Shown here one piece after another: positions 33,064 through 42,582 of a DNA stretch of 55,553 bases; position 1 is the first letter of the stretch, and every line of letters begins with the position of its first letter. Below the pieces are notes generated by a model. The model was not told the DNA's origin. It ran no database searches and worked only from the letters and a program-made list of their open reading frames with translations. The DNA is from a virus. The position numbers and the translations under genes were made by a program. Where the stretch lies: the IMG/VR virus record IMGVR_UViG_3300045988_070589, one strand, 5' to 3'.

Positions 33064-34026
33064 ATGGGACAGATGACAGCAGATCAGTACCTGGATCAGA
33101 TCCAGAACCAGTTAATGAAAACCCTGACTGAGAAAAAAGACGCTATGCCGCCTGGATTCAATCAGCAAAGATTCGCTCTGAACTGTATCACAGTGATCCG
33201 GGACATGATGAAGGATTACAAGAAAAGAGAACAGCTCCAGACGGTTGATATCAATTCAATCGTGCTCTGTATGATAAAAGGAGCGTACCTGGGATTAGAT
33301 TTCCTGAACGGGGAGTGCTATGCGATCCCGTATAAGGGCGAAATGACATTCCAGACTGACTACAAAGGCGAAATTAAGGTTTGCAAGCGGTTCAGTGATG
33401 ATCCGATCAAAGATATTTATGCAAAAGTAGTCCGTGAAGGAGATGCCTACGATGAAGGAGTGGAGGCAGGCGTTCAGAAGTTGAGCTTTAAGCCAGTTCC
33501 ATTCTCAAACAAAAATATCATCGGAGCATTTGCGGTAGTCATGTATGCAGACGGAACCATTAAATACGACAGTATGAGTGTGGAAGAGATCCAGCATACA
33601 AAAGATGTCTACTCAAAAGCAGCGAATAGCCAGGCATGGAAAGAATCATTCGGAGAAATGTGCAAGAAAACAGTCATCCGCAGACTGAGTAAGCTGATAG
33701 ATCTGAACCTGGATAAAGTGGAACTGATTAAGGCTTATGAAGAGGGATCCGGATTTGAATTTGAGAATCAGCAGATCTCCGGAGGATCTACCAGACAGCC
33801 AGCACAGCTTCCAGGATCGGACAATGTGGTTGATGCCTTTGCACCGGGGCAGACAGCCGGGAAGAAAACGATCGAACAGAAGCCACAGCCGGCAGTAACA
33901 CCGCAGGACTTCCGGAAAGCACCGGAGAGAGAACCGATCCCGGCAGAAGAAGCACCACAGAGCATGCCGGAGGAAGGCTTTATGATGCCGGAGGATTTTC
34001 CGGATAACGAGTTACCATTCAAGTAA
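33064..34026 (+). CDS. recT: RecT-family single-strand annealing recombinase
   Basis: …GLDFLNGECYAIPYKGEMTFQTDYKGEIKV…AFAVVMYADGT…MSVEEIQHTKDVYSKAANSQAWKESFGEMCKKTVIRRLSK…. Confidence 0.8.
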   Translation: MGQMTADQYLDQIQNQLMKTLTEKKDAMPPGFNQQRFALNCITVIRDMMKDYKKREQLQTVDINSIVLCMIKGAYLGLDFLNGECYAIPYKGEMTFQTDYKGEIKVCKRFSDDPIKDIYAKVVREGDAYDEGVEAGVQKLSFKPVPFSNKNIIGAFAVVMYADGTIKYDSMSVEEIQHTKDVYSKAANSQAWKESFGEMCKKTVIRRLSKLIDLNLDKVELIKAYEEGSGFEFENQQISGGSTRQPAQLPGSDNVVDAFAPGQTAGKKTIEQKPQPAVTPQDFRKAPEREPIPAEEAPQSMPEEGFMMPEDFPDNELPFK

Positions 34027-34045
34027 GTAAATGGAGGAAATGGGA

Positions 34046-35062
34046 ATGAATGAATTAAAAGTAAAAGTACAGCAGACACCAGGAACAGTAACATGGAATT
34101 ATGAAGATCTGAAAAAGGCGATCACGAACGCTCTGGAAGTATACAAGACCACGGAGTACGATGATTCAAACATCGGTCAGGCAAAGAAAGACAGAGCAAT
34201 GTTAAACAATCTTTCCAAGTCTGTAAACGCCAGAAAGATCGAGATCAAGAAAAAGTGTTTGGAACCATATGAACTGATTGAAACCCAGGCAAAAGAGCTG
34301 ATGGCGATTATCCAGGAACCGATTGCAGTTATTGATGAACGCCTGACAGAATATGAAACTGCCAGAAGAAAAAAAGCAAGAGCTGTGATCCTGGAATATA
34401 TGCAGAAAGCATTTGAAGGGATCGAACATCAGATTGCAGATAAAGCCAAGAACGCTCTTTATGATGACCGCTGGGAAAATGCGACAGCTAAGAAATCAGA
34501 ATGGCAGACTGCCATTGATACTAGGGCGGATGCAATCAGGTCAGATCTGCAGGTTTTGGCTGGCATCGAGGAGAAATTCAGATCTTACGCCATGGATGCG
34601 TACAGACCGAACCTGAGACTTGCGGATGCAATGCAGAAAGTCCAGGAACTGAGAGCACAGGAAGCAGCCATCCTGAAAAGACAGCAGGAAGAGGAAGAAA
34701 GAAAGAGACGTGAGGAAGAGGAACGCCGCAGACGTCAGGAGGAGCTTGCAAAACGTGAAGCAGAACTTGCAGCTCAGAATCAGCAGGAGGAGGCTGCTCA
34801 GACATCCGGATATCCGGAAAGACCGCAAACGGACATCGGAAGGACGATTGACAACATCGAAAGAGAGGCATTTACCCGTGCGACAGCACCAACTCCGATC
34901 CAGGAACCAATCGTTGAGCTGGCACCGGAACCAGTTCAGGATCCGGAAATTCCTTTTGATCCGAAACCGAGCCAGACGATCAGAATCACGGGATCCCCGG
35001 AGGATTACCAGAAGGTAATTGAGTACATTAAGGCAATGGGAATTGACTACGAGGAGGTATAA
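34046..35062 (+). CDS. DUF1351-family protein (RecT-associated) with a Glu/Arg-rich coiled coil
   Basis: …GTVTWNYEDLKKAITNALEVYKTTEYDDSNIGQAKKDRAMLNNLSK… ATG 34046 lies 7 nt after GGAGGA (the ORF track starts at 34031). Confidence 0.6.
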   Translation: MNELKVKVQQTPGTVTWNYEDLKKAITNALEVYKTTEYDDSNIGQAKKDRAMLNNLSKSVNARKIEIKKKCLEPYELIETQAKELMAIIQEPIAVIDERLTEYETARRKKARAVILEYMQKAFEGIEHQIADKAKNALYDDRWENATAKKSEWQTAIDTRADAIRSDLQVLAGIEEKFRSYAMDAYRPNLRLADAMQKVQELRAQEAAILKRQQEEEERKRREEEERRRRQEELAKREAELAAQNQQEEAAQTSGYPERPQTDIGRTIDNIEREAFTRATAPTPIQEPIVELAPEPVQDPEIPFDPKPSQTIRITGSPEDYQKVIEYIKAMGIDYEEV

Positions 35063-35065
35063 TTC

Positions 35066-35869
35066 ATGGGCTTTCAGCTAACATCGGAGAATTATTACTC
35101 CGACATAGCCAATTATGAGTACATGTCAGTTTCTCAGTTCAAAGATTTTGCCGGAACATACGGCAAACTGGGATGTGAAGAGTGTGCGATGGCTAAGATT
35201 CGTGGAAAATATAAAGAACCGGATCGAACAGCACTCCTGGAAGGAAGCTACGTGGATTCCTTCTATGAGGGTACTCTGGATAAATTCAAAGAAGAACATG
35301 CAGAGTTGTTCAGACAGGACGGAGAATTAAAAGCAAATTTCATAAAGGCAGAAAAGGCGATTGCAAGAAGTTTGAGAGATCCGCTTTTCCAGGAATACAT
35401 GTCTGGAGAAAAACAGGTCATAATGACCGGAGAGCTGTTTGGATCCAAGTGGAAGATCAAAATGGACAGCTACCATCCGGGCAGAGCGATTGTGGATCTG
35501 AAATACATGCAGTCACTCACAAAGTTCGGATATGTTCCGGACATCGGGTATCTGGATTTTGTTCGCTACTGGGGATATGACCTCCAGGGAGCTATTTACC
35601 AGGAGATCGTTTACCAGAACACCGGAAAGAGATTGCCGTTCTACATTGCCGGAATTTCCAAAGAAGAGGCAATGAACATCGAAGTGATCTACATACATGA
35701 CAACTATCTGAAAGAGGCGATGAAGGTAATAGAAAGCCGGATGCCGAGGATCCTACAAGTGAAATATCACGGAGCGAAACCTGACCGATGCGAGCAGTGC
35801 ATCTGGTGTAGAGACACCAAGGTGCTGACAAAGCCGATCGGGATCGGGGATCTGACAGCGAGTTTATAG
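35066..35869 (+). CDS. PD-(D/E)xK RecB/Cas4-like exonuclease
   Basis: …KIKMDSYHPGRAIVDLKY… (D…DxK) and …QGAIYQ… (QxxxY). Cys clusters CEEC (N-terminal) and CEQCIWC (C-terminal) suggest an Fe-S cluster. Confidence 0.7.
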   Translation: MGFQLTSENYYSDIANYEYMSVSQFKDFAGTYGKLGCEECAMAKIRGKYKEPDRTALLEGSYVDSFYEGTLDKFKEEHAELFRQDGELKANFIKAEKAIARSLRDPLFQEYMSGEKQVIMTGELFGSKWKIKMDSYHPGRAIVDLKYMQSLTKFGYVPDIGYLDFVRYWGYDLQGAIYQEIVYQNTGKRLPFYIAGISKEEAMNIEVIYIHDNYLKEAMKVIESRMPRILQVKYHGAKPDRCEQCIWCRDTKVLTKPIGIGDLTASL

Positions 35870-35885
35870 TATGGAGGTGCAGGAG

Positions 35886-36620
35886 ATGGCATGGATCACG
35901 GTGGATCAGAAGCTGATCGGAGGTAAATTAAGGGATTTTGCTAAGAGATCCGGAATCAGCCAGAATGAGGCAATCGGGATCCTGATTCGCCTCTGGCTGT
36001 GGGGAATTGACAATGCGGAAGAGAGTGGACGGATTGTAGCTGCCGAACATGAGGACATCGAGGAAGCGATCCGTCCGGGATTCCTGGAGATTGACCGGAG
36101 TACAATTTCAAATATCGTTGACAATTTGATTGAGTGTGGATGGATCGACCAGGAGGATGGTTCCTTATATCTGCATGATTGGATGGACTGGAGAAGTTAT
36201 TATACGTCATATGAGCAGAAGAAAGCGAAACATGCGGAACGGATGCGAGATTATAGAGCTGGAAAGAAAAAGAGCCAGGATCCGGAACCGGAGAAAAAGC
36301 CGGAAGGATCCGGAAAGACGAAACGTAATGAGTATGCAGTAGCTTTTGAAGAGTTCTGGAAGGTCTATCCGAGAAAAGTGGATAAAGGAAACGCTTATAA
36401 GAAGTACCAGGCAAGATTGAATGACGGATATTCGGATGCGGAGTTGCTGACAGCTGCAACCAATTATGCGAACCAGTGCCAGAAAGATAAGACGGAGACA
36501 AAGTTCATAAAGCATCCAAAGACGTTCCTGAGCGATACAATGCCATTTACGGACTTCCTGGATAATAGAACCCAGGAGCCAGCGAAAACGTTCAGGAAAG
36601 GCGAAAATCCGTTCATGTAG
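35886..36620 (+). CDS. Phage replisome organiser / DnaD-like replication initiator
   Basis: N-terminus MAWITVDQKLIGGKLRDFAKRSGISQNEAIGILIRLWLWG… C-terminus …FEEFWKVYPRKVDKGNAYKKY…. Confidence 0.65.
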   Translation: MAWITVDQKLIGGKLRDFAKRSGISQNEAIGILIRLWLWGIDNAEESGRIVAAEHEDIEEAIRPGFLEIDRSTISNIVDNLIECGWIDQEDGSLYLHDWMDWRSYYTSYEQKKAKHAERMRDYRAGKKKSQDPEPEKKPEGSGKTKRNEYAVAFEEFWKVYPRKVDKGNAYKKYQARLNDGYSDAELLTAATNYANQCQKDKTETKFIKHPKTFLSDTMPFTDFLDNRTQEPAKTFRKGENPFM

Positions 36621-36641
36621 ACAGAAGGAGGATAACTGGAA

Positions 36642-37475
36642 ATGGAAGTTGGAGGCATGTTGCCCTCTCATAGTCAGGAAGAGATAAGCCCGATCAAAGA
36701 GGGAGATTACGTTGGAGAAGATGGTCTGATCCGATGCGGAGTATGCGGCAAACGGAAACAGTTCAAAATTGAGATCTCAGGATTCAAGAAGATTGTGCCT
36801 TGCATTTGCAAGTGCAGATCTGACGAGATCGAAAAGGAAAAGCAGAAAGATGAATACGAACAGCGGATGCACGCTATTAACCGCCTGAAAGATGCTTCCA
36901 TGATGGCAAGTAAGTTCCGGGATGCGAATTTCTCTGGATATAAGGTCAGGGAGGAGAACCAGGAAGCATACAAGCTGGCACTAAATTACGTGAAGAAATT
37001 CCGTGAAATGAAGGAAAAGAACCAGGGACTGTTGTTATACGGTCCGGTCGGAACCGGAAAGAGCTTCACTGCCGCTTGTATTGCAAATGCCCTGATGGAG
37101 CAAAACATCACAGTGATTATGACATCATTCGTGAAGATCCTCCAGGACATCGGAACCGGAGACGAAGCGAGCTACATACAGATTCTAAACAGTGCATCAT
37201 TGCTTATCATTGATGATCTAGGAGCTGAGCGAAATACGGATTATGCCCTGGAAAAGGTATACAACGTCATTGATAGCCGGATCCGGACAGATAAGCCAAT
37301 GATCCTGACAACTAACCTGGAGTTGTCGGAAATGCTACAGACTACAGATATCCGCTACAGAAGAGTTTATGACCGGATCTTTGAAACATGCTATCCGGTC
37401 GAAATGCCTGGAAAATCCTTCCGGCAGATCGAAGCGGCACAGCGATTCAATGACATGAAAGAATTATTACAGTGA
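36642..37475 (+). CDS. DnaC/IstB-like AAA+ helicase loader
   Basis: Walker A LLLYGPVGTGKSF. Walker B LLIIDDLGAE. N-terminal Cys4 motif. Confidence 0.8.
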   Translation: MEVGGMLPSHSQEEISPIKEGDYVGEDGLIRCGVCGKRKQFKIEISGFKKIVPCICKCRSDEIEKEKQKDEYEQRMHAINRLKDASMMASKFRDANFSGYKVREENQEAYKLALNYVKKFREMKEKNQGLLLYGPVGTGKSFTAACIANALMEQNITVIMTSFVKILQDIGTGDEASYIQILNSASLLIIDDLGAERNTDYALEKVYNVIDSRIRTDKPMILTTNLELSEMLQTTDIRYRRVYDRIFETCYPVEMPGKSFRQIEAAQRFNDMKELLQ

Positions 37476-37483
37476 GGTAAGAA

Positions 37484-37894
37484 ATGGGAAAGTTAGGAGA
37501 GAACATCAAGCGGATCAGGGAAGGGATGGGGCTGTCTCAGAGGCAGTTCGGGGAACTGATCGGAAAGAGTGATAGCCAGATCTGGAGCTATGAAAACGAT
37601 AGAACAGACATCCTGGCATCAACGCTTTATAAAATTGCAGAGGTAGCAAACGTAGATTTCAATAACCTGATGGCAGGAATTATCCCGGAGGAAGAACCGG
37701 AGAAAGAGCCAGATTCGGAGTGGGATGCAGAGCTGAGGATCTATAACATGGAGGATCGCCTGACAGTGATTAAGATCCTGGCGAAAAACGGGTACGATGT
37801 GGGACAGAATAAACGCCTGAAGGGGAAAGGAAACTCTCTGGATTATTTCGTACATGCAAAAGATCTTGCGACAAACGCCGATACATCGAAGTAG
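37484..37894 (+). CDS. XRE-family HTH protein
   Basis: …IKRIREGMGLSQRQFGELIGKSDSQIWSYENDR…. Confidence 0.6.
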   Translation: MGKLGENIKRIREGMGLSQRQFGELIGKSDSQIWSYENDRTDILASTLYKIAEVANVDFNNLMAGIIPEEEPEKEPDSEWDAELRIYNMEDRLTVIKILAKNGYDVGQNKRLKGKGNSLDYFVHAKDLATNADTSK

Positions 37895-37903
37895 GAGGCA
37901 AAC

Positions 37904-38326
37904 ATGGAAGTAAGATTTACGATAAGAGGGGAACCAAAGGGAAAAGGCAGACCAAGGTTCTGCAGAAATACCGGACATGCAATGACACCGAAAGATACCG
38001 TGAATTATGAAACATTGGTACGCGCGGAATACAGTGCTGCATACCCAGAATTTAAGTTCCCGGATGGTACTATGCTGGACATGCGGATCATGGCGTATTA
38101 TTCCATACCGAAGTCTGCATCAAAAAAGAAAAAGGCGTCCATGCTGGCAAATGAGATCAGACCGACAAAGAAGCCGGACATGGATAATGTAGTTAAGATC
38201 ATAGCGGATTCACTGAATCAGGTGGCATATCGTGATGATACACAGATTGTAGATTGCCAGTGCCGGAAGTTCTACTCCGAGACACCAAGGGTAGAAGTAA
38301 TCATACGATCTATTGAGCCAAAATAG
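37904..38326 (+). CDS. rusA: RusA-family Holliday junction resolvase
   Basis: …GEPKGKGRPRF…KPDMDNVVKIIADSLNQVAYRDDTQIV…. Confidence 0.8.
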   Translation: MEVRFTIRGEPKGKGRPRFCRNTGHAMTPKDTVNYETLVRAEYSAAYPEFKFPDGTMLDMRIMAYYSIPKSASKKKKASMLANEIRPTKKPDMDNVVKIIADSLNQVAYRDDTQIVDCQCRKFYSETPRVEVIIRSIEPK

Positions 38327-38344
38327 GCAGGAAGGAGCGAGATA

Positions 38345-38983
38345 ATGAACAATTACGAAGAAATGAGGATTGAAAGCGATGTATTCGCCACAGCCAGGGA
38401 GAATTTTGATTTGCTGATGCAGAGGCTTTTCAAGAGCATGGAGAAGAATAACTCCGATGAAGGTAGCATCACTCTGAAAGTGGATCTGCAAATGAGGCAG
38501 GACTGGGTTCCGGATGGAAAAGGAGGATCTATTGAGATTAACAAGCCAGTAATCAAACATAAGGTTTCCATTGCGGTTCCGGTAAAAGATTCCATGGATG
38601 GTAAAAAAGACGCCGGAATGAACCTGGTATGGGACGAAGAATTGAAAAGGTACGTCCTGAAATACATCAATGAGGGAGGACAGCAGAGCCTCTTTGATCC
38701 GGATTATGAAGAGAACCTGAAAGCTGGAGCAGATCTGGATGAAAGTACAATGCTTCCTGGTCCATCAAACGCACTTCCGGAGGATAACGGAGTAATTGAT
38801 GCAGAATTTAAGGAAGTGAATCAGTCCGAGGAAGCCGAAAATCAGGCAGATACGTCAGCTAATGAAGAAATTACCGATCAGGAGGAAACAAACGCTCCTG
38901 GAAGCAATACGGAAGCTACAGATAGCACGGATGACAACGGAGATTATGAGTATGAAGATCCAGAGGAGGGTATGCCGGAATGA
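38345..38983 (+). CDS. Hypothetical protein with a highly acidic C-terminus
   Basis: 212 aa, GGAAGGAG RBS. Confidence 0.5.
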   Translation: MNNYEEMRIESDVFATARENFDLLMQRLFKSMEKNNSDEGSITLKVDLQMRQDWVPDGKGGSIEINKPVIKHKVSIAVPVKDSMDGKKDAGMNLVWDEELKRYVLKYINEGGQQSLFDPDYEENLKAGADLDESTMLPGPSNALPEDNGVIDAEFKEVNQSEEAENQADTSANEEITDQEETNAPGSNTEATDSTDDNGDYEYEDPEEGMPE

Positions 38984-39249
38984 GAAGAGAGAAAGCACCG
39001 GACAATTTCTCACAGTGTCGAAAGTGCGGAGCACGGATCATATTCGTGAGAATGAAATCCGGAAAGAACATGCCAGTCAACCCGAACTTCGTAAACTTCC
39101 GGAGAGATGGTGGTAAGGACAGAATTGTCCTTGCCAACGGAGAAGTAACATCCGGAACTATCGTAACCGATCCTGGGGAAGCCCAGGGATTCGGTTATGT
39201 ATCACATTTTGCAACATGCGAATACGCACAGACATTCAGGAGGAAATGA
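38980..39249 (+). CDS. Zinc-ribbon protein
   Basis: 89 aa. …CRKCGARIIF…HFATC…. Confidence 0.5.
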   Translation: MRREKAPDNFSQCRKCGARIIFVRMKSGKNMPVNPNFVNFRRDGGKDRIVLANGEVTSGTIVTDPGEAQGFGYVSHFATCEYAQTFRRK

Positions 39250-39251
39250 TA

Positions 39252-39713
39252 ATGCATTTAAAAGATATGGTAGGCAAATTAGCAATCAGAACAGCGGAGG
39301 CGTTCAATCCTGAACCATTCCCACCAGTACACTTAGATTTCAGCTTTCCGGTGTTTTCACCTAAACCCGGATCCACACGGAAATACATGGACGAGCCGGT
39401 AAAGATTATCAACGTAAAAGAAGATCAGGTTGTCATAGAAGAACACGGAGAAAGAAAGCTTCTGGAGAGAAGATACATTGACAATCACTGGGTTGATTAC
39501 GACAAGTTTCTGCATCCAGAGAAGGAAGAGCAGGAAAAGTTAGAGGATATGGCGAAAGAGATCAAAGCGGCTGCAGAGCCTCTCAGGAGATTTTTGGAGA
39601 AGTATTATGATCCGACGGTTGAGGTTGTTGTTGATACTGGAGTGGTTACAGTGAAAAGAGGAGAGTACATGACGATCTTTCAGAAAGAGGAGGTGCCAGA
39701 AGAAAATGAATGA
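39252..39713 (+). CDS. Hypothetical protein
   Basis: ATG 39252 lies 7 nt after AGGAGGA. 153 aa. Confidence 0.5.
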   Translation: MHLKDMVGKLAIRTAEAFNPEPFPPVHLDFSFPVFSPKPGSTRKYMDEPVKIINVKEDQVVIEEHGERKLLERRYIDNHWVDYDKFLHPEKEEQEKLEDMAKEIKAAAEPLRRFLEKYYDPTVEVVVDTGVVTVKRGEYMTIFQKEEVPEENE

Positions 39714-39999
39714 TTTTACAATCAGACGTGTGACGGATCCGAAAGAAGGTCCGATTGACGGAGTGAGTGCAGAGACTGTGGGAGTATATACAAAGTTCAG
39801 AGGAAAAGGTCTATTCCAGGCAGAGAAACGCATCATCAAGCAGGAAACAACGGATGTAGGAATTAAAGCAGCTGTATCAACCGGAGTAGTGAGCATCTAC
39901 GACCGGAAGAGAGACTACGGGATTGCAGTTCCGATCACGGAGCTTGCAGCGATCTTGAATGAGGCACTGAGGGTTGGGATGACAAAGAAAGGAGAGTAA
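39706..39999 (+). CDS. Hypothetical protein
   Basis: 97 aa. Co-directional overlap with its neighbour. Confidence 0.45.
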   Translation: MNDFTIRRVTDPKEGPIDGVSAETVGVYTKFRGKGLFQAEKRIIKQETTDVGIKAAVSTGVVSIYDRKRDYGIAVPITELAAILNEALRVGMTKKGE

Positions 40000-40001
40000 A
40001 G

Positions 40002-40214
40002 ATGATTTGGAAATCAGCAATTTTACTATGGGTTGCATTCTTCCTGGTGAAATACCTTGTAAGAGTTAATATTTCAAGAGAAGAACAGATCAAGATGGCA
40101 CTGGGAGGCCATTTGAAGTGGACGCCAGAAAGAGTAGTGCTTTTGATTGTATTTTTTGCGGCGATTATCACAAGCCTTGCAACGTTGGTATGGTTCCTAT
40201 TTTTTGTGTTATAA
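40002..40214 (+). CDS. Small two-TM membrane protein
   Basis: 70 aa, AAAGGAGAG RBS. Confidence 0.45.
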   Translation: MIWKSAILLWVAFFLVKYLVRVNISREEQIKMALGGHLKWTPERVVLLIVFFAAIITSLATLVWFLFFVL

Positions 40215-40340
40215 ACTATAAATAAAAATCCCCTGGTGCCATGTAGCAGACAGAGGATCTTCTAAAAAATAGTCGCTGATTAAAATTATAAAATGAAGAT
40301 CAAAAAAAGTCAATGAAACGGACACCAGGGAGGTAGTAAG

Positions 40341-40946
40341 ATGGGTAAAAACACACCAGGAAAACAAAAGACAGTGAGACTGAGCGAAGAGGAGTTGAAA
40401 GAACTCTGCCAGAAAGCAGTCGAGGACGGCGTATCAAAATACATAACCGTGCAGAACCAGAAGAAAAAGCAGGAATGGAGAGGGCTTCTTTTCAGGACTA
40501 AGAAGCTCCTGGAGAATTACACAAAGTTGAAGGATTATGCAGAACAGGCAGTTGTCACTCTGGAACAGGCAGAGGAAGTCGATGAAACACTTGTGAACAT
40601 GGACGTACTTATGAAGTTCAAATTGTTCGAGGATGACAAGACTTTGCACAGACAGCTCAGGGGAGTAAATGCCGTGAAGTTTATCATGGCACATGTTGAC
40701 CGGATGCTGGAGGTGTATAAAAGCAACTGCCTTAATTCTTCGCAGGAAGTCATGCACAGACGATGGTTTGTGATCGAATACATGTACCTGGAGAGGGAGG
40801 ACGCCAAGAAAACAACAAAAGAGATCGCTGAGATCTACCAGACAGATATCAGCAATATTCAGAAGGATGCAAAAGAGGCAAGAAACGATCTGACCACATT
40901 ATTTTTTGGGCTGGATGCGATGGTTTTATATGAGATCCGGGACTAA
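40341..40946 (+). CDS. Sigma-70 region-4-like / ArpU-RinA-type late transcription regulator (tentative)
   Basis: 201 aa. The C-terminus …RRWFVIEYMYLEREDAKKTTKEIAEIYQTDISNIQKDAKEARNDLTTL… resembles a region-4 HTH. Located just before the late operon. Confidence 0.45.
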   Translation: MGKNTPGKQKTVRLSEEELKELCQKAVEDGVSKYITVQNQKKKQEWRGLLFRTKKLLENYTKLKDYAEQAVVTLEQAEEVDETLVNMDVLMKFKLFEDDKTLHRQLRGVNAVKFIMAHVDRMLEVYKSNCLNSSQEVMHRRWFVIEYMYLEREDAKKTTKEIAEIYQTDISNIQKDAKEARNDLTTLFFGLDAMVLYEIRD

Positions 40947-40963
40947 TTTCCGTTTTTCTTCCT

Positions 40964-40992
40964 TTGACTGTCATTTCAGCCGATGATATAGT
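40964..40992 (+). promoter_or_regulatory. SigA-type promoter preceding a structured leader
   Basis: TTGACT (40964-69), 17 nt, TATAGT (40987-92). Confidence 0.6.
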
Positions 40993-40999
40993 ATAAACT

Positions 41000-41157
41000 G
41001 CAAATTGTGAAGCAAGGGAAACCGAGCTTGCATTTGCATGGTGCTGTGGTGTACTCATTCTTTCCCATGATTCCCAGGTATCTTCGGATGCCTGGGATAT
41101 CCGTGGAAGCATGATACACAGAATTGTTTCTACCCTGACGTATAATTCTTCCAAAGA
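41000..41157 (+). ncRNA. Structured non-coding leader (possible attenuator/antitermination target or sRNA)
   Basis: Stems TGCAAAT (41000-06) / ATTTGCA (41031-37). A 10-bp hairpin CCCAGGTATC-TTCG-GATGCCTGGG at 41073-96. Bracketed by a promoter and a terminator, with no convincing ORF. Confidence 0.4.
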
Positions 41158-41186
41158 GATCGTATCGGATGATACGGTCTTTTTTA
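41158..41186 (+). terminator. Intrinsic terminator upstream of the ParB-like gene
   Basis: 9-bp stem GATCGTATC / GATACGGTC, loop GGAT, then TTTTTTA. Confidence 0.7.
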
Positions 41187-41218
41187 TTGCCGGAATGGGA
41201 AAGGAGTGGTGCAATAGC

Positions 41219-41875
41219 ATGGATGAAACGAACAAAAAGAGGATCGAAGTAGTGGAGATGCGAGTAGGAGATATTAAGTTCGGATTCGGGAACCCACGAA
41301 AGATCAAAAAGAAAAAGAAAGAAGAGCTGGAAAGATCCATAGAACAGTATGGAGATTTCGGTTTATTCCTGATTGATGAAAATAATAACGCCATTGGAGG
41401 CAACCAGAGAGCAACCACAATGGCTGCTCAGGATCCGGACAGGATTGTTCTATGTAAGCGATTGATCGGCTATTCTGAGGCGGATCTGAGAGCTATCAAC
41501 ATAAAGGACAATACACACGCCGGAGAGTGGGATCTGGACTTGCTGGCAGACTGGACAGCGGATCTTACTACAGATCTTGGCCTGGATCTGAAAGAGCTGG
41601 ATCCGAACGAGCGGAAGAAAAAAGAAATGGAGCTTATCAACCTGGAGAAATACAATTATGTATTGATCGTCTGCAAGAATGAGCTGGACTATAATGAGCT
41701 TACCCGGAATCTGGGAATTGATGGTGCGATCGTCCGGATGGGTTCCAAGAAGAAATTGAAAGCACGGGCTGTCTGGTATCACGATATGAAAGCCCAGATC
41801 GTAAGCGCTGCGGATGCCGGATCTCTGGATCAGGAAGAGGAAAGCCAGGAAGGAGTGGAGGATGAAGAGGGATAA
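41219..41875 (+). CDS. ParB/Srx-like nuclease-domain protein
   Basis: …VEMRVGDIKFGFGNPRKI…ELERSIEQYGDFGLFLIDENNNAIGGNQRATT… ATG 41219 lies 9 nt after AAGGAGTGG. The ORF-track start at 41111 sits inside the leader/terminator. Confidence 0.6.
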   Translation: MDETNKKRIEVVEMRVGDIKFGFGNPRKIKKKKKEELERSIEQYGDFGLFLIDENNNAIGGNQRATTMAAQDPDRIVLCKRLIGYSEADLRAINIKDNTHAGEWDLDLLADWTADLTTDLGLDLKELDPNERKKKEMELINLEKYNYVLIVCKNELDYNELTRNLGIDGAIVRMGSKKKLKARAVWYHDMKAQIVSAADAGSLDQEEESQEGVEDEEG

Positions 41876-42581
41876 AACCTTCGGGATCTACGTTCCATCC
41901 TACAAAAGATATGACTGCATAAAGACTGATAAAGTTCTGAATGATTGCACCTATGTAGTCAGAGAATCGGAAGAACAGCTATACCGGGATGCAGGAGTAA
42001 GGAAGATACTAGCTGCACCGGATCAGGAAATAGACAGCTTGCCAAAAATCAGACAGTGGATCATAGACCATACGCCCGAGGACATTATCGTACAGATTGA
42101 TGATGACATCGAGCGTTTTTCTTATGTGAATAAAGTCAACATGGAAGAGATCCCGGATCCCGACATCATAGACGCCGAGTTGGTGCGGATCGGACAGATC
42201 CTGAGCGATCTGAACCTGGGGTTTGCAAGTATCAGGATGCAGGAATCCGTTATCAAGTATAATGAGGAGTTCCGGTTTTCCTCTACGATCGGATTAGTGT
42301 GCTGGTTCAATAAGGCATCATTAAAATCCAGATATGATGAAAATGTCCGGTTTAAGGCAGATACAGATTTCCAGCTGAGCGAGCTTCTGAATAACCGGAT
42401 CATTATTGTTCCGGAATACCTGAGAGCCAAAGCACAGTATGACAAGAACAGCGGAGGGAACAACACGAATAAAAATTCAAGCACCATGAATGAAACCATA
42501 GAGTACCTGAAAAATAAGTGGGGGAAATATTACGAACATAATTTCAAAACCAATCAGTCAAAAGTGAAAGTGAGGAGATAG
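41862..42581 (+). CDS. GT-A-fold glycosyltransferase-like protein (DxD)
   Basis: …FGIYVPSYKRYD… plus …IIVQIDDDIERF… (DxD). 239 aa. ATG 41862 after GGAGTGGAGG. The family (TAGT-like or other GT-A) is not resolvable by eye. Confidence 0.5.
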   Translation: MKRDKTFGIYVPSYKRYDCIKTDKVLNDCTYVVRESEEQLYRDAGVRKILAAPDQEIDSLPKIRQWIIDHTPEDIIVQIDDDIERFSYVNKVNMEEIPDPDIIDAELVRIGQILSDLNLGFASIRMQESVIKYNEEFRFSSTIGLVCWFNKASLKSRYDENVRFKADTDFQLSELLNNRIIIVPEYLRAKAQYDKNSGGNNTNKNSSTMNETIEYLKNKWGKYYEHNFKTNQSKVKVRR

Positions 42582-42582
42582 A

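Noticed and set aside
41111-41218. The upstream extension of the ParB-like ORF as given in the ORF track.
   Set aside because: The extension runs through the intrinsic terminator (41158-86) and lacks an RBS. ATG 41219 has an AAGGAGTGG RBS and coincides with the start of the ParB-like domain.
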